From a virus: a stretch of 64,000 nt of DNA. A program made the translations under genes and the position numbers. Positions 55,186 through 64,000 of the stretch are shown here, one piece after another. Position 1 is the stretch's first letter. Each line of letters opens with the position of its first letter. A model generated the notes under the pieces. It was given only the letters and a program-made list of their open reading frames with translations, was not told the DNA's origin and did not search any database. The stretch lies in the UHGV virus genome UHGV-0277313. The stretch is one strand, 5' to 3'.

Positions 55186-55531
55186 ATTATTCCTTGATTT
55201 GTAGTCAGTTTGATTAAAGATCGAGGAATTTTTAATTTGTGGAGAAATAAAATGAGAAAAAAGAAAATAGTAAAGAAACGTGACTTGATAGCAAAAGATT
55301 TAATGACAAATAAATATCGACAACGGATAGTTCCAAATAAGAAAAAGAAATTAAAGAAGTTTGATTGGAAAAAACAAAAAGGCGATAACAGAATCATTGA
55401 TATGGTTGATGATTCTGTTATCGCCTTTTTTATTTATTTGAATCCACGTTTTAAAAATGTGTTGAATGCTTTTTGTTTTTCTTTTTTATTCTTAATAAAA
55501 TAAAGAACTGAAATCTGTTTGATGGATAAGT

Positions 55532-56824
55532 CTAATCTTCACCATTGGCATAAACAAAAAAGAAGCCAGGCTGTATTTGTGTAGTAGTATATGTTGCCGT
55601 TGAGTCTATACCTAAAATCATAACATCACCTTTTAAAACCGGCAACAAAACACAAATTTCAGCGTTATTACCGTTTGCTTTGCTTATTGATTTTGTATGT
55701 TTACTTCTCACTTCAAAAACAATCCATGATCCTTCTTTTGAACATATAAAATCACCAGTAAACATTCCGTTCGCAGGTGCAAGATAACGTGTACCATTTG
55801 TTCCTAAAGTCAATTGAATATATTTTCCTGAAGGCATTGCCATGCCAGATATATCTGAACGTGTATATGTATTAATTGGTGGTGTTATAGAAGGTTCAAA
55901 AGAAGTAATGTTAAATGCACTATTTGTTGAAATATCATTAGCTATAATAATTTCTCTTGATTTGCCATAAACACCAGCGCCATTGCTTCTAAATGTTTCA
56001 TTTGTTTTTGGTTTGTACCAAACGGAATCATCTGAAACTGGTTGATTATTTTGTATAAAATATTTTCCAGTTCGAATCAGAATACCTTGATCGTTTATTG
56101 ACAATGGTTGTCTATCTGGATCTTTGATTTGGTATGAATAACTGGTTAATGAAACCTTATCAAATGTTTTTGTTATTGATTTATATGTCCCATCTTCATT
56201 CAGACCGTCAGCGAATTGATATTTTACACCAGGTAACGCAAATGCAGTTGAACCGATATATCCAAATCCGTTAAAGATTTGATCAACAGAAACTATATTA
56301 TTACCTGTTGTGGCGCTGTTTGTGCAAATACAAATTGGGAGACTCATAGTAACTGATAACGAACCGTCGTTATATGATTCCATTTTATTTGTTGTTAAAT
56401 TGTAAAAAGCTCCAGTATAATTGTCAGGTACTGTTTTACCGGAATTATTGTTTCCTCTTCTGAATAAACCATTACCATTAGATGAAACAAAAAGAGGAAG
56501 TGTTAATGCGGTGGAAGTTGGCTCTGTATATGTTAAATCTTTTGTTAATATAATAATGTCAAATTTTCTTGTGATACCATCAGTTTCAAATCCATTAGGA
56601 ATATAAACTTTAGTTCCAGCTTTGATTGTTATAACACCATTATTTAGTTCCGCTTTAACAGTTTGCGGAATTTCAAGAATTCGATTGGTTGTATAATTGA
56701 TTACGTTAGTTTTTAATTTATTATCAACGTTATCATTAGTTGAATAATCACCAACATTTTGTTTATTTTGTAATGTTTGTGGCAATTGATTTACTGTTGT
56801 TTGTTTAACTGTATAGCTTGACAT
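55532..56824 (-). CDS. putative tail fibre / receptor-binding protein (minus strand)
   Basis: 430 aa, rich in S/T/N/G and predicted beta-strand segments; no enzymatic motif; structural role inferred from composition only. Confidence 0.4.
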   Translation of the reverse strand: MSSYTVKQTTVNQLPQTLQNKQNVGDYSTNDNVDNKLKTNVINYTTNRILEIPQTVKAELNNGVITIKAGTKVYIPNGFETDGITRKFDIIILTKDLTYTEPTSTALTLPLFVSSNGNGLFRRGNNNSGKTVPDNYTGAFYNLTTNKMESYNDGSLSVTMSLPICICTNSATTGNNIVSVDQIFNGFGYIGSTAFALPGVKYQFADGLNEDGTYKSITKTFDKVSLTSYSYQIKDPDRQPLSINDQGILIRTGKYFIQNNQPVSDDSVWYKPKTNETFRSNGAGVYGKSREIIIANDISTNSAFNITSFEPSITPPINTYTRSDISGMAMPSGKYIQLTLGTNGTRYLAPANGMFTGDFICSKEGSWIVFEVRSKHTKSISKANGNNAEICVLLPVLKGDVMILGIDSTATYTTTQIQPGFFFVYANGED

Positions 56825-56957
56825 TTGTATTGCCTTTCATGACTAATGATATTTAAAGAACATCAAGTCGTACGAATAGTTTTTCTAAATCACTTTTTAT
56901 AAAAATACTCGTACGATTCGACGTTCTTAAATTATAGTTAATGATGCAGGTGTTGTA

Positions 56958-57614
56958 ATGACTATTTATAAAGGTTCACAAAAAGTAAAGCAGATTGCCA
57001 GTAAAAATAAATCTGTTAAAAGGATTTATTGTGGAACGAAATTAATATTTGGAACAAAAGCCAGTAAATTATTGGTTTATACAACATCTGGTTCAATAAC
57101 GATACCTAATAATACAATATCATGTATAGTTCATGTTGTTGGAAGTGGTGGAAGTTCTGGTGGTACTAATCCATATGCTCATGAACTTCATTGTGCATCT
57201 GGTGGTGGGTCAGCAGGATATTCACGAAAACAATATAATTCTAGCCTATCTGGACAAACTATCAATTTTACAGTAGGTCAACCTATATCGTCATATTGCC
57301 AAAATGGTCAAAATTCATCTTTTCTTGCTCAAATCGGTGGAATGGGTTTTGCAGGAATAGCTGCAACAGGCGGTGCATCTCAACCTGGTGGAGTCGGCGG
57401 TGCAGCTTCAGGAGGTGATGTTAATACAAATGGTTCACAAGGAGAGCAAGGTTGCTGGCTAGCTTGGGGCGGCGGCAGTGGTGGTCAAGGTAGAGGTGCA
57501 ACAGGTCATACAATAAATGGTGTTCAATATGGGTTTGGTGGAACATGTACTGGCGTAGGTTCCCCAACATCTGGTAGTGGTTGTGTCATCGTTGAGTTAA
57601 TTTATTGGGCATGA
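56958..57614 (+). CDS. glycine-rich protein (putative fibre/structural or adhesin-like)
   Basis: GSGGSSGG, GGASQPGGVGGAASGG and WGGGSGGQGRGATG tracts; divergent from the minus-strand fibre-like gene. Confidence 0.45.
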   Translation: MTIYKGSQKVKQIASKNKSVKRIYCGTKLIFGTKASKLLVYTTSGSITIPNNTISCIVHVVGSGGSSGGTNPYAHELHCASGGGSAGYSRKQYNSSLSGQTINFTVGQPISSYCQNGQNSSFLAQIGGMGFAGIAATGGASQPGGVGGAASGGDVNTNGSQGEQGCWLAWGGGSGGQGRGATGHTINGVQYGFGGTCTGVGSPTSGSGCVIVELIYWA

Positions 57615-57693
57615 TTCTTTACTTTTTTAGTTGATTATTTTTAATGATTATGTTAATGTAAATCCATTGTTTGAGAATTAGAAGGAGAGAACA

Positions 57694-57993
57694 GTGGACT
57701 TTACTTTGGCTGCTATGGCAAGTGTTCCATATTCTGCTAACAAGTTGTTTTTATTAGCAACTTGTTTGGTATCGTGTATTTATTCAACGGTTTATTTAAT
57801 ACACTCCAAAGATAAACTAGTTACAGAAAGTAACTATAAATTTCTTTTATGTATTTTAATAGTAGCAATCGTCGATGCAACTTTTATTTTCTTGTGCTGG
57901 GATAGGTTGACTTTTGATGAAATATGTGGAATGTTTATATGTGCACCTATTGTTTATTTGATCACATCTGTGTTAAAAAAGGTTAATAAATGA
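57694..57993 (+). CDS. small membrane protein (2-3 TM segments; holin-like size)
   Basis: GTG start after GAAGGAGAG; hydrophobic segments. Confidence 0.4.
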   Translation: MDFTLAAMASVPYSANKLFLLATCLVSCIYSTVYLIHSKDKLVTESNYKFLLCILIVAIVDATFIFLCWDRLTFDEICGMFICAPIVYLITSVLKKVNK

Positions 57994-58346
57994 AACATTT
58001 TTATTGGTATGGTGGTTATATTAAAAATAAAAAGCAATATCAACGTGTTGAATTCATAATTGCACAAGAAGATAAAAAACTGTATCAGTTCGTTGATTAC
58101 AAACTTTTTAAAGAGATTAAAACTGAAACAAAAGATATTTGGAAAAACGCATCTAAATTAATTCAGGAAGCAGGACATTGGAGTGATGAAGCGGATGCGG
58201 CTTTAGCCTTTAATGGTTATTTGTGGTCTGAAATAACAGAACAAGAATTTAAAGAAATCTATCAGACAGGGACTGTTGAGGAAAAAGACTTGCGAATGAT
58301 TTATTTGCAGTGGCTAAAGGATACAGGAATTAACAGAATCAGATGA
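57990..58346 (+). CDS. hypothetical protein
   Basis: 118-aa ORF, ATGA-coupled. Confidence 0.5.
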   Translation: MKHFYWYGGYIKNKKQYQRVEFIIAQEDKKLYQFVDYKLFKEIKTETKDIWKNASKLIQEAGHWSDEADAALAFNGYLWSEITEQEFKEIYQTGTVEEKDLRMIYLQWLKDTGINRIR

Positions 58347-59482
58347 TAAAAGTTTATAAGACCAAATTGAATTTAACATATAATTAGCGTAAGCAATTTA
58401 TGGCTAATGCTGGTTGTGCTCGTTGGGCTTATAACTATGTTGTCGGTAAAGAAACTGAATCTTTAAAGAGCAATAAATATATTCCTGTTAATGATTTAAG
58501 AAAAGAAGTTACAAAATTAAAACAAACAGATGAATTAAATTGGTTATTTAATTATGATTGTGATATTGTTAAGCAATCAATGAAAGATGCTGATAAAGCA
58601 TTCAGAACATTTTTTAAGAATAAACAGAAATTTGGATTTCCTAAATTTCATTCTAAACATTCATCTAAACAATCTTTTTATGTTGATGGTGTTAAATTAA
58701 AAGTTTGGTCGAATAAAATCAGAGTACCAAAAGTAGGTTATGTTAAGTTATATGAAAAAGATTATATTCCAACGGATGTTAAAAGTTATACCAATCCAAG
58801 AATTTTATTTGATGGAATAAGTTGGTATATTTCTGTTGGTGTAAAAGAAGATGATCCTAAAAAGATTACAAATAATGTTGTTATTGGCATTGATTTAGGA
58901 TTAAAGGAATTAGCAACATGTTCCAATGGACTTGTTATCCATAATATATCCAAATCAAAAAGATATAAAAAGTTAGAAAAGAAATTAAAAAGACAACAAA
59001 GGCAAATGTCAAGATCCTTAGAAAGGAATAAGATTGGAAAGAAATTTGTCAAGACAAAGAACTTTGAGAAATATAGAAAGAGATATTTAAAGACAAGTAT
59101 TAAGATGAATAATCTGAAGATAGATTATTTCAATAAATCTATTGTAGATATCATGAAAACCAAGTGTTGTACAATAGTTCTCGAAGATTTAGCTGTAAAG
59201 AATATGCAGAAAAATAGAAAAATATCTAATGCTTTTCAGAAATCTGCTATTTCTCAGTTTAGATCAAGATTGATTCAGAAAGCTGAAATGCTTGGTGTCA
59301 GTATATCTATCGCAGATAGATTCTTTCCAAGTTCAAAGATGTGTTCTCATTGTGGACATATTAAAAAAGATCTGACATTGTCAGATAGAATATATCATTG
59401 TGATATATGTGGGTTTGAGGTTGATCGTGATTTAAATGCTGCGATCAATCTCAAGAATACCGTGAGATCCACGGGAATTTAA
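58343..59482 (+). pseudogene. tnpB: IS605/IS200-family tnpB (RNA-guided nuclease) interrupted by an in-frame TAG at codon 15
   Basis: MIKVYKTKLNLTYN-TAG(58385)-RKQFMANAGCARWAYNYVV... in a single frame; the TAG aligns with the conserved Q of the TnpB N-terminal KAYKFRLYPTKEQ box; downstream RuvC motifs IGIDLG and ...CSHCGHIKKDLTLSDRIYHCDICGFEVDRDLNAAINL; no tnpA nearby. Confidence 0.7.
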
Positions 59483-59580
59483 GCCTTCTATTGATTTGTT
59501 AAGATTATACTTGACAAATTCATGTAGGAATTATAAGATTAAATACTTAGTTATAACTTATAAAGATCGGAAAAAGAATA

Positions 59581-60540
59581 ATGAGTAATGTTGATCTAAT
59601 TGAATGGTGGTTGCATCAATTTAAATTTACCGAACAAGATATGAACTTGTTGCAATCGTATGAAACTGATTTTATTATTACAAATAAAGATTACGATATT
59701 GTAAGAGAAAAAGCTTTGTCGATGTTGCCTGTACATTCAATTGATTATCATATTCATTTTGATACTTGTGCAACAAACATAATTGATAATTTATTTTTCA
59801 AGTATGTCGATGATGACACATTAGTCATTACAACAATGAGCGAACATCCTTCTGTAAAAAAGAATTTAGAGAAGTGCAAGAATGTAATATACATGTGTTG
59901 TAACGGAAAAGTGATTGAAGATTTTTATAAGCAATCGGACAAAATAGCTAATTTTAAAAAGGTATTTGTTTATAATATAGCTTTATCTGTTGGTGATGGG
60001 CATATAACATATAATGACAATTTATTGGAGCTGAAAAGGAATCTAGATTCATTAGGTATCAAATCAGTTTTTGTATTAGATGCTGTACAAGAATTGTTTA
60101 TGTTGCCGCGTGATTATTCAATCTATGATTATATTATTGGTACTGCACATGCATTCGTCACGAAATACGATACTGGAGTACTTTTAAGTAAAGAGTATAT
60201 ACCGTCAGCTAAATCGTGTTTATCACAAGGTGATCAGTATTTAGATTTATTGTCAATGTTGATAAAACATAAAGAACAATTATATCAATTTAAATATGTA
60301 ATGGTGCAAGTATTTGGAAAATATTTATCGACAGATAGCGCTTTAAGTGTAACAGAAAACGGGCCGTATGTATTCAACTTGATTGATAAAAAGAATCGAT
60401 TGGTTGGAATTACTGAAGCAGATCCAATTGCACAACCTGAAAATACTAATGCAACATTAAGAGCTTGCGAATCTTTATTGGACCAAAATACGTTTATAAA
60501 TAAAGTGGAAACGATTAAATATCTGTTGTCGGAGAACTAA
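59581..60540 (+). CDS. hypothetical protein (319 aa)
   Basis: ORF; no confident motif. Confidence 0.55.
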   Translation: MSNVDLIEWWLHQFKFTEQDMNLLQSYETDFIITNKDYDIVREKALSMLPVHSIDYHIHFDTCATNIIDNLFFKYVDDDTLVITTMSEHPSVKKNLEKCKNVIYMCCNGKVIEDFYKQSDKIANFKKVFVYNIALSVGDGHITYNDNLLELKRNLDSLGIKSVFVLDAVQELFMLPRDYSIYDYIIGTAHAFVTKYDTGVLLSKEYIPSAKSCLSQGDQYLDLLSMLIKHKEQLYQFKYVMVQVFGKYLSTDSALSVTENGPYVFNLIDKKNRLVGITEADPIAQPENTNATLRACESLLDQNTFINKVETIKYLLSEN

Positions 60541-60542
60541 AC

Positions 60543-61400
60543 ATGAATGAAAAGAAAGAATTAATAAATATTTTTGATTATGATTTGTTTGATTGGGCAG
60601 ATATGAAAACACATTCAATCTCAACTAGTAAATCAACACAAGAAGAAGATAAAAAGTCGTTTATTAAAGCATATAAATTAAATGAAGTAGAAGTAGCTAT
60701 TGAGCCGCAAAGCTATCCTGAATTTCTAAAAACAGGGTCAGTAGGAATTGTTTATAGTGGCGGTTATGATTCAACTGTCTTAATGCTTCAAGCGTTAATG
60801 AACGGGGAAACAGTTAAACCGATTATATTTAATTTTGCACAGGATGATATAATTAAAGCAGTAAACTTGTCTATTTTAAAAAATAGATTTGGTGAGAATT
60901 TATTGGAACCTATTTGGTTCAATTTTTTCGGTTTGCAAGGCGGAATGTGCGGAACACAATGTACACAACAGTTGGCAATTCACAATATGTTGACATATTT
61001 GTCTAATGATGTTTTGAAAAGTTTGAAAGAGATTCAGGTAGGATACGTAATGAACGATGACGCTGTTTCTTTTCAAGAGGAATTGAAAGATGTTGTATCA
61101 ATTGGATTTAAGATTCAAGATAAAGTCAATGTTCCTATTACATATCCTTTAATACAAAAACATAAATATTATATAGATGATTTTATTCAACAACATTTAG
61201 GGTTCAATCATTTATGTTTGTCTTGCCAGTTGCCAAGTTTTAATTATTATAAAGATTCTGATGCTTTATATATTATCACGGCAACTTGTAATGGCTGTAC
61301 ATCTTGTATGCATTCACAGTTATATAATTTGAATTTTTATCGTGGTAATTGTGTTGTTTTAGCAACAAGAATCCCATTTGCTAAACGATCTTGTTTTTGA
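60543..61400 (+). CDS. PP-loop ATP pyrophosphatase, QueC-like (7-cyano-7-deazaguanine synthase-like)
   Basis: PP-loop VGIVYSGGYDSTVL (SGGxDS); C-terminal Cys cluster CLSC...CNGCTSC resembles the QueC zinc site. Confidence 0.5.
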   Translation: MNEKKELINIFDYDLFDWADMKTHSISTSKSTQEEDKKSFIKAYKLNEVEVAIEPQSYPEFLKTGSVGIVYSGGYDSTVLMLQALMNGETVKPIIFNFAQDDIIKAVNLSILKNRFGENLLEPIWFNFFGLQGGMCGTQCTQQLAIHNMLTYLSNDVLKSLKEIQVGYVMNDDAVSFQEELKDVVSIGFKIQDKVNVPITYPLIQKHKYYIDDFIQQHLGFNHLCLSCQLPSFNYYKDSDALYIITATCNGCTSCMHSQLYNLNFYRGNCVVLATRIPFAKRSCF

Positions 61401-61437
61401 TAGACTAAAAAGAAACTAATTGATTTATAGGTGATAA

Positions 61438-62202
61438 ATGATTTTTGCTGATACAGAAACAACTGATTTGACTGAACCAAAAGTCTGTTCAATCGCAATG
61501 ATTAAAGTTGATCAGTTTGGGAGCATTGTTGATACTTTGTATGAAATGATAAACCCTGAAAAAGAAGTATCATTAAATGCAAGTCAGGTTAATGGTTTTT
61601 CTTTAGAATTATTACAATCATATAAAACATTTCGTGAATTGGCTGATAAAATCATTAATTTCGTTGGTGATGAAGTTGTTGTTTTCCATAATGCAGATTT
61701 TGATATGAGTGTATTAAATAAAGAATTTACTGAATGTGGTAAAAATGTTGATTGGAAAATTATTGATACGTTACGTTTATCTTGTGATATCTTAAATAGT
61801 AAACATAAATATGTCAAACATAATTTAAATGCTTTAACTGAATATTATAATTTGTCGAATTTACGTGATGACAAACATGATGCTTTAATAGATACAAAAA
61901 TGTTGAAAGAAATCTATTGTTGTTTGATGAAAGATTATAAAGAAATTAAAAACACAAAAGATTTTTGGACACAGAGAGGTCTAGTTGAATTAGCACATTA
62001 CCCTAAATCAAAAGTGTGTATTGGAGGAATGTGTTATAAAACATGTGATCCTAATAGAACACGTGAATATTGGCGTGGTTATGTTTGGTTAAATTCAGGT
62101 GATGTTGTTGAGCCTATATATACAAACAAAATAACATTTAATACACGTGATGGAAAAATGACTTTTGATTTAGCATCTATTTCTATTTTGAAAATAAAAT
62201 AG
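61438..62202 (+). CDS. DEDDh 3'-5' exonuclease (DnaQ/epsilon-like)
   Basis: Exo I FADTETTD, Exo II VVFHNADFDMSVL, Exo III HDALIDTKML. Confidence 0.8.
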   Translation: MIFADTETTDLTEPKVCSIAMIKVDQFGSIVDTLYEMINPEKEVSLNASQVNGFSLELLQSYKTFRELADKIINFVGDEVVVFHNADFDMSVLNKEFTECGKNVDWKIIDTLRLSCDILNSKHKYVKHNLNALTEYYNLSNLRDDKHDALIDTKMLKEIYCCLMKDYKEIKNTKDFWTQRGLVELAHYPKSKVCIGGMCYKTCDPNRTREYWRGYVWLNSGDVVEPIYTNKITFNTRDGKMTFDLASISILKIK

Positions 62203-62265
62203 TTATTGACATTTATTCTTTAATGATATAGCATATAACTATATACAGAAGGAAGGTGTATTGTG

Positions 62266-62676
62266 ATGAAAATTCGTTTAAGTCAAGAAGAAATGAAACA
62301 AGTAACAATCTTGCGTAATATCTTTAAAGGAAGATATGTTGAATGTTTTTTAAATTCTTCTGATAAGAACACAAGCGTTGTTCGTGTTTTGAAGAAACAA
62401 GAAAGAGTTTTTCAAGGAAGCTATTGGAATCAATCACATGAACCTCTTCGTGCAGACGTTAATGTGTTTTACTTTAGTTCATCTGATGCAGTTTCGTTGT
62501 ATGTGAAGGCATTTTATGACAACAAGGAAATTGGGTTCAATATTGAAATTGATATAAATGATTTACGACAGGTTACAAAACAGACTGTATTAACGGATTT
62601 AAAGTTAACACCTTTAGTTAAAGGTGTGGTTATAAAATTAAAAGATTTGGGACAAACAACATTGGAATCAATTTAA
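62266..62676 (+). CDS. hypothetical protein, C-terminal-motif family (ends LGQTTLESI)
   Basis: ORF after GGAAGGTG; TTGACA promoter-like sequence at 62206. Confidence 0.55.
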   Translation: MKIRLSQEEMKQVTILRNIFKGRYVECFLNSSDKNTSVVRVLKKQERVFQGSYWNQSHEPLRADVNVFYFSSSDAVSLYVKAFYDNKEIGFNIEIDINDLRQVTKQTVLTDLKLTPLVKGVVIKLKDLGQTTLESI

Positions 62677-62688
62677 GGGTAACTAGTT

Positions 62689-63000
62689 ATGATTAAACCT
62701 ATTGAAGAAAATATTGAGCTGTTGGAAAATCTTTTGAAAAAACATTTAAAAGGTTTTGTACAATTTTCTGAAAAAGATGATAATGTTGAAATTGACAATG
62801 GTTTCATTTGTTTTAAAATGATTCAAGTTACAGATGGTTTTTCTGGTTATTCTTTAAATATGCGTATGTTGCTATCCGAATTGATGTTAATAACTAAAAA
62901 AACACAATCAAATGAAATTGAGTTACATTATAATTGGGACAATGATTTTGTGGATGTTTCTATAAAAGAGGCTGGTGTATATACGCTTGAGACTGTTTAA
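62689..63000 (+). CDS. hypothetical protein, C-terminal-motif family (ends AGVYTLETV)
   Basis: ORF. Confidence 0.55.
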   Translation: MIKPIEENIELLENLLKKHLKGFVQFSEKDDNVEIDNGFICFKMIQVTDGFSGYSLNMRMLLSELMLITKKTQSNEIELHYNWDNDFVDVSIKEAGVYTLETV

Positions 63001-63359
63001 TGATTGATGACGCGCTTTCTAAAAAGATTGCAAAATTAGCAACAAAGTTACACAATAAAAAATTTGTTGATGAAGATAATAATGAATTCGTTGTTCGTAT
63101 ATCCCCGAAAATTTATGAAACACATACAAAAAAATATATAGACTTTTGGTTGGATAGTAATTACTATTTGCTACGGATTTTAGCTGTTCATAAAAATTTT
63201 TTATTTAGAAGAAGAAAGTGGTTTCATATTCAAATACCTATTGATGATTTTGCAAATATAGATTTAGATTTATCATCAATCACATTTACAAAATGTAAAG
63301 ATAGTGTTATCAAATTAAAATTTGTTGATATTGGAACAGCTTGTTTGAATGAAATTTAA
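63000..63359 (+). CDS. hypothetical protein, C-terminal-motif family (ends IGTACLNEI)
   Basis: ORF overlapping the upstream stop. Confidence 0.55.
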   Translation: MIDDALSKKIAKLATKLHNKKFVDEDNNEFVVRISPKIYETHTKKYIDFWLDSNYYLLRILAVHKNFLFRRRKWFHIQIPIDDFANIDLDLSSITFTKCKDSVIKLKFVDIGTACLNEI

Positions 63360-63361
63360 TG

Positions 63362-63390
63362 TTGACATTGTGCAAAATTTAATATAATAT
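63362..63390 (+). promoter_or_regulatory. sigma70-type promoter (TTGACA ... TATAAT)
   Basis: gTTGACAttgtgcaaaatttaaTATAATAT. Confidence 0.55.
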
Positions 63391-63419
63391 ATTTATATAG
63401 TTTTAGGAGAAAGTGGCAT

Positions 63420-63863
63420 ATGAGAATTTTTGTTGTTCCAAGAAAGTATATCAAAATGTTTATGCATACAGATATGTTTTTTAAACATAATAACTTTATC
63501 AGTATTGGTGAAGTTGCAGGTTATGAAGGAGTACCTGTTAATACTGAAAATGTTTTAAAACTTGTGTTCGACGATATGTCAGATAAAGAAACAGTTGGAA
63601 CATTGTTTACCGAAGAACATGCCATTCAAATTAAAAACTTTGTTGATCGTATTGATAAAAGTAAAACTTTGTATGTTAACTGTTTCGCAGGTATATCAAG
63701 AAGCGGTGCAGTTGGTACGGTGATTAACGATTATGTCAACTGTTATCTTAACGGGTTGAAAAAGAATGAAGATTGGTATTCATTCTTTGACGATAATAAA
63801 CAAATCAAACCAAATGCTTATATTATGAGGGTTATGAATAAAACGTTTGGATTGACATATTAA
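63420..63863 (+). CDS. protein-tyrosine/dual-specificity phosphatase-like protein
   Basis: CX5R P-loop signature NCFAGISRSGA; 147 aa. Confidence 0.5.
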   Translation: MRIFVVPRKYIKMFMHTDMFFKHNNFISIGEVAGYEGVPVNTENVLKLVFDDMSDKETVGTLFTEEHAIQIKNFVDRIDKSKTLYVNCFAGISRSGAVGTVINDYVNCYLNGLKKNEDWYSFFDDNKQIKPNAYIMRVMNKTFGLTY

Positions 63864-63877
63864 ATTAGGAGGGTAAA

Positions 63878-64000
63878 ATGAAATTGTGCAAAGATAAATT
63901 CAAAGAAAAGGTTGGTTATTTTTATCTTGATGCTATTGATTGGGTTTGTAATGACACAGATCTTAACAATTTCATTTTACCTGAAAAGACAGAATTTATG
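63878..64000 (+). CDS. hypothetical protein (5' partial, runs off the window)
   Basis: ATG after TAGGAGGGTAAA; ORF continues to the end of the window. Confidence 0.4.
   Translation, partial: MKLCKDKFKEKVGYFYLDAIDWVCNDTDLNNFILPEKTEFM

Noticed and set aside
58343-58400. Genome-wide TAG (amber) recoding as the explanation for the in-frame stop in tnpB
   Set aside because: I found no other gene with an in-frame TAG, and TAG is used as a terminal stop, e.g. at 18877. A single nonsense mutation or a local suppression event is more parsimonious, and it stays flagged in the findings.

Overview
The window reads as a slice of a large, AT-rich (roughly 33-38 % GC) virulent phage genome. Coding is dense and almost all on the + strand, with sigma70-type promoters (TTGACA N17 TATAAT) and AGGAG ribosome-binding sites. 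Four things stand out. (1) About 48 small genes of 95-160 aa, scattered through the window and packed head to tail between 28.9 and 41.1 kb, end in the same extreme C-terminal motif [IVL]-G-x3-[LF]-[NEDK]-x-[IVLF]-stop. They fall into several sub-families, including one with an LNRYDRRRLNK box. (2) Between 3.9 and 9.9 kb lies a candidate DNA-modification or restriction island: an NPPF-motif N6-adenine methyltransferase, a protein fusing a DUF262 domain (DGQQR) to an HNH nuclease motif, and a 769-aa GHKL-type ATPase with HSP90/MORC-like motifs (ELISNGYDG, GGFGLGCKL). (3) Between 47.9 and 55.2 kb lies a tRNA island with at least 11 canonical tRNAs and 4 irregular tRNA-like genes or fragments. 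It also holds a Dam methyltransferase, a duplicated strong promoter, a 1.3-kb non-coding stretch and several repeated RNA elements, two of which keep their hairpins through compensatory base changes. (4) A gene at 41.1-43.4 kb looks like a kinase-phosphatase-ligase RNA-repair enzyme of the CthPnkp type. Other notable genes are an M16 (HxxEH) peptidase, two ankyrin-repeat genes on the minus strand, a solo IS605-family tnpB interrupted by an in-frame TAG at a conserved Gln codon, a QueC-like PP-loop ATPase next to a DEDDh exonuclease, secreted Cys-rich peptides, and a three-member family sharing an MIEFxGSQKxFFKAYPK N-terminus. The features list covers the supportable CDSs, RNA genes, promoters and terminators; the findings cover what deserves a second look.
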